64,000 bases of DNA from Podarcis vaucheri (lineage: Eukaryota). Within the stretch, counting starts at the first letter, position 1; each line of letters begins with the position of its first letter. Made by a program: the position numbers and the translations under genes. The notes under the pieces were generated by a model that was not told where the DNA came from, made no database searches, and saw only the letters and a list, made by a program, of their open reading frames with translations. Where the stretch lies: the NCBI GenBank assembly GCA_965113315.1, contig OZ220368.1, one strand, 5' to 3'. This document shows, piece after piece, positions 38,901 through 50,900 of the stretch.

Positions 38901-41900
38901 TGGGAATATTTATAACCTTTTACAGATACAGCGGTACCTCGGGTTAAGTACTTAATTTGTTCCGGAGGTCCATTCTTAACCTGAAACTGTTCTTAACCTG
39001 AAGCACCACTTTAGCTAATAGGGCCTCCCGCTGCTGCCGCACTGCTGGAGCACAATTTCTGTTCTCATCCTGAAGCAAAGTTCTTAACCCGAGGTACTAT
39101 TTCTGGGTTAGCAGAGTCTGTAACCTGAAGCGTCTGTAACCTGAAGCGTATGTAAGCCGACGTACCACTGTAGTTAAAACTGGGAATAAATTTGCAGCAT
39201 GGGAGAACCACATCTGATTTAAGACCCTGTAAACTTTTTATTGACATTAACTGCAGTCACATACTTTCTCTCTTAGGCACCTGCTTGGGCATATATTGCA
39301 TGTGCTTGTGGCCTTTTCATATACCAGTCTTTGGATGCTATAGATGGGAAGCAAGCAAGAAGAACCAATAGTAGTAGCCCTTTGGGAGAACTTTTTGACC
39401 ATGGCTGTGATTCACTGTCCACAGGTATTATGTCATATATTACTGAAATATAAGGGTCTGTTAAGTCATTTATACTTTGAAGGATACTTGGGATACTGAA
39501 CTGCAAACAGAAAGAAAAACTGTTGGCGCTCTGGCAGAATGAAAATAATGTACTCTGATTGTATAATCCTGTGCCATCTTTCAAGGTTTAGCTAGTACGT
39601 TTAATACAGAATCAAAATTTCACTAGGTAATTTTAATTTCATAGTAAATAGTTTAAATCCTTATGTTAAAATGACAGTAAATCTAAAGTATTTAAATATT
39701 TGAAATATGATTGGGCATTTAGATTTCTAATCTACCCCCTGTCCAGATTCTTTGAACAAAGATGCAATAAAGTAGAGCTGAGTACCTTAAACTATAGTTA
39801 AAAGAAGTGATGGTTTAATGTGAGAGTGCAGCATGCTTGCACATGCCACTGAAATCACAGGCACTTCACCCCTGCACCTGCCATGTTGCTGGAAAGCAGA
39901 CCATACATAGTCTGATTTAGTCTTGCATCCAAACCTGGACTCATGAATCCTTCCCACCCCACAAAAAAACCCCACAAACCATAAGTGGTTAGCATACCTT
40001 GGTTTTTCCATGTGTTTGGAGAGAAACAAACCACAAGCCCAGGTTCTGGGGTCATGCTATGCCACTCCGTGGTTTGTTTCCTGGCTGGAGCACTTAGGAT
40101 GCTACACATTCACATTAAACAATAGCTTATTTGAATTATGGTTCAATGTGATGTGCAAACTGATCTGAGTCTTTTAGTTTCATTCTCACTTCATTATTGT
40201 TGAAAAGCACCATGGTTTTCCAGTTCCCCTGGAATTTCATCCATTTTCCAAACAAATCCTAGACATCAGAAGGGAGTTTATGAAAGATTATAAGGTTGTT
40301 TAATAAGATGCCAGAAATTGAGTTAGCCTACATGCTACAACTCAGGGAAGCTCCTGAGCCTCAGGAACAAAGGCTTTGTGCAATCCCTCAACTTGTCCAA
40401 CCAAACTTGAAGCCAAGTGCACCTTAGGCAGAGTCTCTCTGAGCTCTTACCTGTGTCCATGTGATGGACCTCCCTTAGTCTCAGCCCTGTTCCTGTAGGT
40501 GGAAAGGACTTACAGAGATTATATGTTGAAACACTGCTTTGCTTTAACTTGGTCCAGTCCCATCCACACATGGTCAGTGATTGCAAGTGCCTAAGACTCA
40601 GAAGCTTCACAAACTGTCCTGTAGGCTAGCTCAGGGACTGCCCAATTCCTTGAAGCCCCCAAAGTAGCTTTAACAGGTTTTTTAAAAACATTATCTAAGA
40701 TGTGACTAGTGTGCAAAATTTGGGTACAAAGCACACACACACACACACTGAAACTGTATGTGTAATTTTCTTAGCTGTTGGACCATTTTGTCGAACTCAC
40801 TGAACATCCAAATTTAGACATGAAAATTGAAATTGTGATATTTTAGCAGTGTTTTGCTGTAAGTTGGATGTTAAATATAAAATAGAATAAAACTTTTAGT
40901 TAAGAAATAATGTTTAGTAAAACATTATTAAGCACCCCTAAACCTACTAAACAGAATAAAACATGAAGAACCTCTGATAAAAACACTGAACAGTCTCATC
41001 CAGTTGCAACCAAAATTAGCTGTGCTGCTTAAAGTGATGCTTAATGCTATGATACATTAAGTACCGGTAGTTGAGTTCCTGTCTAACAACCTGTGTACTA
41101 AGTACTTTGCTACAAAAGGGCAGCAAAGTGAGCAAAGCTATTGCAAATACTGCTTCATCAATTTCGCGCTCCTTTACCTTGATTAGGGGAAGCAGGAGGA
41201 ATTATAACACAAGAAAAGGAAACCAATGTGCTTAATCCTAATAGTCAGATTTTTCCTCTTTCTTATTATGTTTGCAGAATTACAGTATCAATCTAACAAT
41301 TCTGGATCTGCTGTAGTGCCACATTAACTTAACCATAACAGAATTGGGCTGCCCAGTGGTTATGAAATGTTACTTACCATGCAGTTGTCTTATGTGTGTC
41401 CGCTTGGAAGTAACTCTCACTCCATTCAATGAGACTTACTCCCAGACAAGTGTGTTTAAAATTTGCAATCTAAATCATGCAGTTATTAAAACTCAATGGT
41501 AATTTTATTTTCATATTTAAAATGTGTAACAGTATAAATTCTGATGGAACTGAGAACCCACCAGTTTTCTCTAGTTTAGTTACTTTGACTGTTGAAATTT
41601 GTTTCTGACTATACTTTATGCATATATTTGATCTTGAATCATAAAATTCTTATGACCATGCATCAAAAATACAGAGCAGTAAGTAAAAGAGAGTGCCAAC
41701 TGCGTACTACAGACTATTGAACACATTTGTTTGTTCATTCTTTGCTTTTGAAATCTGTAATCTATGCTCATTTTAACTGATTTTTTTCTGCAGTGTTTGT
41801 GGTTTTGGGAACGTGTATTGCTGTGCAGCTGGGGACAAATCCTGACTGGATGTTCTTTTGCTGTTTTGCTGGAACGTTCATGTTTTACTGCGCACACTGG

Positions 41901-44900
41901 CAGACATATGTCTCTGGAACATTGCGCTTTGGAATGTAAGTAAACCACCTAAGAGAGAAACCTAATATTGCCAAACATTACACTGCTAAGTGATTAAGTC
42001 AGTCAGAAGGTATATGCAAATCTATAATCTATGGCAGAGTATATTGAAGCAGTGTTTTGGCCTAAACAAAAGTAGTGCTAATTAAATTGTTCTTTCAGTT
42101 CATCATAGTGAATAACCAGGTTGAGAATAAGAGGCACCAACTTGCAGTGTCACACACAGGATGTCAGGAGGCGGCTCAGGATGGTGCTGAGTGCAGTGCG
42201 GCTTCAGTGGCCAGTGGCTCCTTTCTCTCATGTGGCCTCTTTCCGTGGTAGGAGGAGGAGCTGGCCACTGAAGCTGTGCCATGCTTGGTTCCGCGCTCGG
42301 TCTCCTCCACCCTCTCAAAACTGCCCCCCCCCCAAAATAGCTCGGCCCCAATGGTGTCCCTGATCATAGTTTATTAACAGCACAGATTGATTAAGGATAG
42401 TGTAGGAATCAGAGACATAATTAGGTGCCATGCAATTCTGTTTTTTCCATTTTAGACCACAGTCCAAACTCCCTTCTCTGGCTAGCAGGACTTTGTAAAG
42501 CCGTGGAGCAACTTTTGCACCTGCTGCTCATGGTGGCCACAATGGAAGGTGGGGGCGGGGAGGGGGGAAGAAAGAAGACACTTAAAAAATTATTTTTAAC
42601 CTCTCTTGCAAGCCTAAGCTCATTCTGAGCTTTGGCCCACCAGACATTCCCTGCAACTGTTGGCTACTCGGGTATACTCTTCCTTTGTGATTTCCCCTTT
42701 CTTCCATTTCTTATATATGGCCTTCTTAAAACTCAGCTCATCTGTAAGCTCCTTATACAGCCATACTGGTTTCTTTAGATGCCTCCCGCTTTACCTGCTT
42801 TGGTATGCAGATACAGGCCAGAGGAGAGGGAAGAAATGAGTGGGAAAGTTTAATGGAGTGCACTAGAGTTCAGTGTTGTATAAAAACATTGCAAAACTAG
42901 CTTTGAAGGGCAAAAGTAATTCAGGCAAACAAGAGTTTTGGGTAAACTTAAAAAAAATGGGGAAAGGAAGGACAGTTGCCAGGATTAATCCCTTCTGTCT
43001 CTCAAAATTACAGTGGTGTGTTAATTACCGTACTTAATATTAAAATTAGTGCCTCAGAAGGGCATTGCTTTCTTGGAGCATTAATAATATCATACATCCA
43101 GTAGAAAATAGACCAATGTAGGCCATTCAATTGCTACTATGGAAGCTAAAGTTTCTCTCAGGCTGAAGTGTTGCAGCCTAACTTCCTTTCTGCAAATTCT
43201 AAGATATGCTTATTGGAATCTGTGTATATGTCTATTTTTTCTATTGCCCACCCTTCTCCATACTCAAGATAAATGTTATGTAGCTGTTTTATGCAGTGAT
43301 TTCATGCAATTGTCTTTGACCCACAATTCTGGATTTTGGAGAGCTCACTGAACTCCAGTTTAGGGAGTCACTAGGCTGTCACTAGGTTAGTTAGTGTATA
43401 TCATGAAATGAAACCCAAGCTTGAGTGTAACATGAGGTGAGACATAAGCTTAGCAGCTTTGCTGGCAAAAAGAACTACATAATATTAAATAACACATCTT
43501 TAAATATATGCTATATTTACATTTTTACAGTTTGAAATGTACACTAATTAACCAAGTTTGTTTTATTTGACAAAGCAAGAAAGAACAAGCATTCTGTTCT
43601 GTAACCTTTAAGAAAATGTGTTATACATTTTGAAAAATATGATTGGTTCATTTCAATCTGGTAGACTGTGCTAGTTCAGCTAGCTTTGTTTCATTAGGTC
43701 TTCTCTTTTATTTAAATGCAAATATTTGATTATAATGGCCTAAAAATGGACTTGAGTAGCTGCACTGAGTATAACTAATGCTGAATATTACCCAAATGTT
43801 TAAATGTAGCATTCAAAAAATCAGATGCATTGCTTAGATTGCAATAATTGTTTACTTTGCATGTTGAATGCTGTCGTTATTTTTTAAAATGTTCCTTTCT
43901 TTAGCTTTACCTATCATGGAATGTTTCTCCTTCCCTAAATACAATTCACGTTTTAGTGCCTGTTTTTAATATAGTGATTACAGATCACTAGTTAAGGATT
44001 TAGCAGGTTTAAAAGGCAAAAAAAAAAAATATTGTTTCTACCTAAGTTATAAAATCACTGACTAATCAAATCAGAACATGCAAATTATTGTCCACACCAA
44101 TCTCAAGGGTAGGAAGCTTGTTTAGCAATAAGTGACCTGACATCTTCTCACATTCAGCTTTTCTGTCTCCTATCTTCATTGCGGTGCCACAAGGTATAAT
44201 GCTAGTGTCACCAGTTACCATTCATACAGTTTGAAGAGTACATTTTTACTAGATTCAAAGCTTCATAGGTAATGTTAAAGCAGGAATGATAGTTGGGGGA
44301 AACAAGCCTTAACAATACATGGTGACCGAAACATTAGCTAAATTTGAAAGTAGACTGTCTGCTTGGTGCAGAACAAATAGTCTTCTGTGAACTAAAGAAA
44401 GAAGTAAGTTGCACGTGAGTTCAATGTTCTGCAGACCATTTCAGCCTTAACGTGGAATATTTTAATAAATATAAAATAGATGCACAGCCCCCTTACATTC
44501 TTCTTACTGCTTTATTTACAAAGAGACCAGTGTAAGTGCTTAAAAAATCTAGTGTGAGTAAAGCTTCCTTCTTATAGCTGCTTTTCCTGAGTACAGTGGT
44601 ACCTCGGTTTCTGAACTTAATGTGTTCCGGAAGTCCGATCTTAAACCAAATCTGTTCTTAAACCAAGGCGTGCTTTTCCTAATGAGGCCTCCCGCCACCG
44701 GTGCCCTTCCACCGTTCGGCTTCCGTTCGTAGACCAAGGTAAAGTTTGCAAGCCAGAACACTACTTCCGGTTTTGCGGAATTAATAAACGGAATAGTTCG
44801 TAAACAAGACTGTTCGTAAACTGAGATACCACTGTAAAAGTAAAATTTACACACAAGTTTAAACACAAGTTTAAGTCACATGATTGTAAACATATTATCT

Positions 44901-47900
44901 TTATTTGCATTCGTTGGGTTAAAATATTACTGTTACAACTGACGTAATATTTAGTTTCAAATTTCATTGTATTCAGTATTGTTATTGAAAATGTAAATCT
45001 TTAATTTCAATTTCTGTGGTGTTTGCCTAGTAATTTGTATTTGAATTATGCACTGCTTTTATAATATTTTCAGACTCCTTATGAGTACAGTCCAAAGCCA
45101 TTAAACTCAATGGGCACTTTACCACTGACGCCAGTGGGATTGAATTAAATTGTATGGGATGTGGATTTACTACTGCTTTTCATTTTTCTCTATAATTGTA
45201 ATTGCAACTGTCATAACATTCTGAAGGAGATTACCCTGATTTCAAGTCTGTATCCTTAATACAGTGTGAAAAACTGTTCTTATGGAACTATTAAGTTGAA
45301 GATTTCTAAGCAAGCTGTTTTTAAATGTTTCTTTCCCTCACACATAGATTTGATGTTACAGAGTCTGAACTCTGTCTTGCAATAATTCAGCTTCTCACAG
45401 GAACTCTGGGACCTGGGTTCTGGAATAACACGGTAACAGATACAAATCAGTGTTACCCAATGAACAATGGCATGAAATCTCTAGAAGCAGCACCTTTTTG
45501 TCATGCACAGAGTAACTGCAAAAATGCCAATTGTTTTCCTGGTGATATTTCATGGACATTTGTTTTAAAGGCAACTCATAATGACTGAATGAAAAATAAA
45601 AACTCACTCAGATTATTGAACTTTTCCGCCCCTGTTTACTTTAAAACAAAACAAAAAAAGCTTTGTTTTGAAACTCTGGTGTTTTCTCCCCTATTGGCTA
45701 CTGTAAAATACACAGAACTGACTTCACCTCTTTGAAGAGCAGAATGCCAGAGTGGTGGAACCATCTCTATATATAAGGTCTGGATTAATTTTGTTGGAAC
45801 ACCTTTGGAATATTTCCTCCCTTTTTTGCTAGAAACCTTTCCACCAGGAAAAAGAATTGTTAACATAGTTAGCTATCGTGAAATATATTGATGTTAGAAA
45901 AGTATTTTTACAGGGCAATCCTAACCATTTCTACTCAGAAGTAAGTCTTACTGAATTGAGTGGGACTTATTCTCAGGTAAATTGGGTTAGGATTGCAGTT
46001 TTAGTCATGTTTTAGAGTTCCTTGCCCTCACGCTTAGGAAAGAGCACTATAGGATCTTTCCTAACCATCTTTGTAATAGTGATGTAATTTCCTCATAAAC
46101 CGAAATTCCATTGCCAGCTTCCCTTTACCTAGATATTAGTAAAGTAAATTCAAGTTCTTAGAAGGGGTTTTGAGCTTTCTGTTGCTTGGTAGAATCCCAT
46201 ATGAATATGTTATTTCTTCAAGATGACATAATTCTAAGAAAGCAACTAAACTTGGGTCTTCTGAATCTCTCAATATCTTGCTTAACTTTGCTGTCCTTTT
46301 CTTGAACCTCTTTCTATTAATATTATTTGTGAAAGCAAAAGTCATTTCACACAGAAAGATTGCTGGAACAACCTTTCTCAATCTAATTTGTACCTGTTGC
46401 CAAGTAGCATATGGGTGTTGTTTTTTTCAGTACTTGCTAAACTTAGGGATTGAAGTCTGTTTCATTCCTGATACAGTCAAGTGGGGTCGGGGTGGGGAGT
46501 CCCATTCCAAACAAGACTCTCAGGCACATGGGCATGGGAGCTAGCTGTACTCTGCTCATACCAAAAGTTGCAGGAAATACTGATTACCTTGGTCAAGCAT
46601 TTCTGGCATATTGTATGAAGCAGCATACAGTTTGGATGACTTGGTGTGGGGCACAAAACAAGCTGCAGAGCAGACTGCTGATAAGTTTGAAACTGAGAGT
46701 CAGCTGTGCCAGCATGTAATATCAGTAAGGGGGGGGAATAGCATTTATATCATGCTTTCAGCTGTTCAAATGCAACATGGGGTCTGTAATCCTTATAGCA
46801 ACAATGTAAGGTCCTGAGGAGGACAGATGCTGGGGCATAGTAGTTTCGCTGCAACCCTGTAGTGAGTAGTGGTTGAGGTGGCATTTGAACTGAAGACCTC
46901 CAGGTTTGAGGGATGCTCATACCGTAATAAAACTGTGACAAGTCAACAGGACCCTGAATATTTTTTTCACGAGTTTTACAGCTAACTTGCCCCAACTCTG
47001 TGGAGCAGCTGTCATTTTTATTTCTATTTTCATATATACGTCTGATCAGATTTTTTTTTTAAAAAGCAAGACCAAACGAGTACATGGCGAAATGAGGACT
47101 GAGGTAGAATGGCCCCTGGAGTTGCACATAACTGACTGAACATTTTGAGGTAAATAAGCTGCACCGTGAAAACTATTAGACAGAAGGTGTCCCACTTTGT
47201 TTCAGAGTATGCACCACCACAAGTGGTCTTTTGCAGGTGCAATCTTTTAAAATTCCCCATCTCAGTCTAATAGAGCGGTGTTCCACTAAATAGAAAGATT
47301 TAAAAGGCTGCACCCATGAAAATAGTTTTGGAGGGAAATCCAATGCCCACCTGAAGACCCTTGGGTTGGCAGTATTCTTTGTGGGGGCTACCTGCCCCCA
47401 TTGATTTTTACGGATACTGCCATCAAAGACACAGGCATTAGAAAGGCCTGCAACTCTCCCTGACCCTGGTTACCCTTGACAGCTTTGTGCAGCCAGGAGA
47501 TACCGTATTTTTTGCTGTATAAGACTCACTTTTTCCCTCCTAAAAAGTAAGGGGAAATGTGTGTGCATCTTATGGAGCGAATGCAGGCTGCGCAGCTATC
47601 ACAGAAGCCAGAACAGCGAGAGGGATTGCTGCTTTTCACTCCGCAGCGATCCCTCTTTCTGTCCTGGCTTCTGAGATTCAGAATATTTTTTTTCTTGTTT
47701 TCCTCCTCCAAAAACTAGGTGCGTCTTGTGGTCTGGTGCGTCTTATAGAGCGAAAAATATGGGTATATATATCCCAGTGGGACTACTTCTAGTTGTACAA
47801 AGTTGTCATTTAGTAGGTGGTGTGTGTGTGTTGGGAGTAAGCTAGAAATTCTGACTCAGATTTTATCAGAACCAAAGAATAAGTTGGTGATTTGCAGTAT

Positions 47901-50900
47901 GTGCCTCTTTCAGGCCAGTAATATGGCCTGCAAGTTCATATCTGAACCTGTGCCTGGTGAATTTAACTGGCACCTCAGCTTTGTACATTTAATGTAAAAA
48001 AGTTGAGATCTCACATCTTAGATTTTAAAGATGTAAATGATGCATTTAATACCTTCAAACATAAAATAATGGTTAATAAAATCTGAATTAAAGCAAAAAT
48101 AGTAAATTGAAATGCAGACATTATTTCTTTCACAAGGTCAATTTATAATAGGGATTCTCCCTGACACAAACATAATTGATAGTGCAAGTGTGGTCCTGAA
48201 ATGCTGATCATATGTGGGACATAAAATGGATTTAACACAGTTTGTAAGTATTTGAAGGGAGTGTTTTGAAAATGTTATAGTCTCTCATTGTAAGACTTCA
48301 TATGTTAATCTATTATATTTTCTCACAAACCCATCCTGTTCCCACTTTCAGATATTTCTTCCTCTTCTGTACTCTCTCTGCTGCCTCAGTTTTCTCTTTG
48401 ACTAACAGTGTGATTTACACAAGTTTGCTTAATCCAGTTCTTCTCTGTTCTTGGTGTATATTTCCCCTCCTGCCATCATAGATGAAACTAATTAAAGTTT
48501 TTGAACCAGTAATTGCATCTGCCACAACAGAGTATTAAATGTTATGTTAGCAGTGATTTGAGGCCAAACGTTTGTTAGAAGTTATGAGCCATTCACTTAA
48601 CCAAGTGCCTTCAGAAATTATGTAACTCATTCTGGGTGTGAAGACACTCTCCTTTGTAATTGGCCCTTGGATGCGGGCACATCCCCATTTGGCTTTGGAA
48701 CTTGAACCTATGTAGATTGTAGGTATAAAGTACATATAAACAGAAGCATTTCATTTCTAGTGCTAAGGTCTACATTATGTTTCTCTTGTGAAAATAAGGG
48801 AGTGCATTGGTGTCCATTAGTAATGCCTGTGGAAAAGAAAGAGAGTAGAAAGCATGTGGCAAATTAAGAAATCATGATTTATTTATTTTTCTTTATATTA
48901 TGTACATACAATTATATACTTTATCATTATACAAATGGAGTATGTACACATATGCAACTTTTTTATTACTCTCTGTGAATTCAGCAGCACTCCTTCTCAT
49001 TCACGAAAGACAAGACAGGATTATCTGAAATTAAACTTTTATTGTGACTCATGGAAGAATCTTAATCCATCAAACAGAAAGTCAGCACTGTCAGCTTTGT
49101 TGGCATTGCTCACCTTTGAGAAGAGGGGAGGGTACCCAGGAATGTGCCCTCACTTTCTAACATGGTCACCTGCTTAACAGGAGCACTGTAGTCCACAGCC
49201 AACCATGGCCTCTTAGCTAATGAATCTGCATAATTAACAATAAATGGTGAAAACATGTATGCTGCATGCAGTCTTTACATCGTTACACTGGGGCTACTCT
49301 GAGTATGGCTTATTCATACTACCCATAAGTGTCAGTTGGCCTATTAAGGAAGACCCAAACCCCACAAACTTCAGAGTTGCGACCAAGTGCCCTTCAAAAG
49401 AACAGCACTAGCTAAGACTAGTAGAAAACAGTGGTGTTGATGGTTCACTGAAGGTGTAACACTGCCAAGCTCTTCACCATGGTTAAGATATTGGTAGCAA
49501 GCTGCAGGCTTGCACCCTTCCTCCCTTCTCCGGTGCAAATCCCCTTACCTTATTTGCCTTAACCAATTTGGTGCTACTCAGGGATGCTTCTTAACCAGAG
49601 TTTGCAAACCTGCTTCAAACGCTGGTTAGCTTTAAGCATGGTCACTGCCCGAAGGTATCACATTTAACCATGGGAAAAAATAAAGAGGGAAGATTTATTA
49701 TTGAGAGGTGAGGGTCCTAATGTCTTATCCATGGTTAGGAGACTGGTAGCAGTTCCATGCCTATGTGAATAGCAGGACAGAATGAAAGGAGAAAGATTGT
49801 GATGAGGGCAAACATTTTTTTCAAGAAAGTAAGAGTCGGAATTCTTTTTTTTGGTGGGCAAGGTTTAATGCTTACATTTCTGCAACTGCTTATGGTTAGC
49901 TGAAAGAAGTAAACAAGTTCCAACTTTTCCTTTTGGCCACACTCCTAGACAGTCATGGTGTCGGTAGGAGAGAAGCAGAGGTGCAGCCAGAGGGGTTTTG
50001 AAAACCTGTCCAGCAGCCAGTCATCGGTGGAATGGGAAATCTATCTTGCACTTAAAACCAGTTTGCCTATACAGCCAGTTGATTGACTTCACTAGAAACC
50101 TTTAAAACACCTCTGGCTATGTATGTTTGACACATGCCTGATCTAGAACTGTCTAGAATTGCGACCCCTAACTAGATCTCCATTTTCTGTGCTGTGATGT
50201 TAACAAATAGCGGTACAGCAAGAGTATATCAAGAAAACATTTTCTCCATTGTTTTGTTTTACCTTGTGCATGATAGAGGAGCGCTGCCATGCTTGCAGAT
50301 GGATTATAATTGGCTTTGAGTAATTGTGCTTTTTTGGCTTTTTTGTACCTAATCAGAATTGATGTGACTGAAGTTCAAGTCTTCATAATAACCATGCATT
50401 TACTGGCAGTGATTGGAGGACCAACATTTTGGCAAGCGATGGTAATTCTGTTCATCTTGTATATCACATGTAACTTACATTGTTTATTTTCCCCAACCCA
50501 TTTTGTTAATACTTTTAGAACAGTATCTCTTTCCTTTTTGTTGGAGAGACCTTCCCATTTTGGCTATATTGCACTGGTTCATCCCACAAGATATTTAAAG
50601 CAATCATTCCTTTGTATTATGTGCTGCCATTTAGGCAGAGGGAGCCCAACACATATTCATTAAGGAGAAACTTGGTCTGTTGGTTGAACAAAGCATTCAC
50701 ATCTTGATGGACAGTTCACAAATCTGCTAAATTTGGAAAGGGAGGACTATTGCAACTGGATGCAGATCCTGAGCGTAAATGCGATGGCAGTGGTAAATCT
50801 TTGGTAACTATGTCCGACTAAATAATTTTTTAAGATGATTTGGCTGCCATAGTTGCTTGAGCATGCTATATGTATGTCTACTAAAATATAAAAATTTGGT

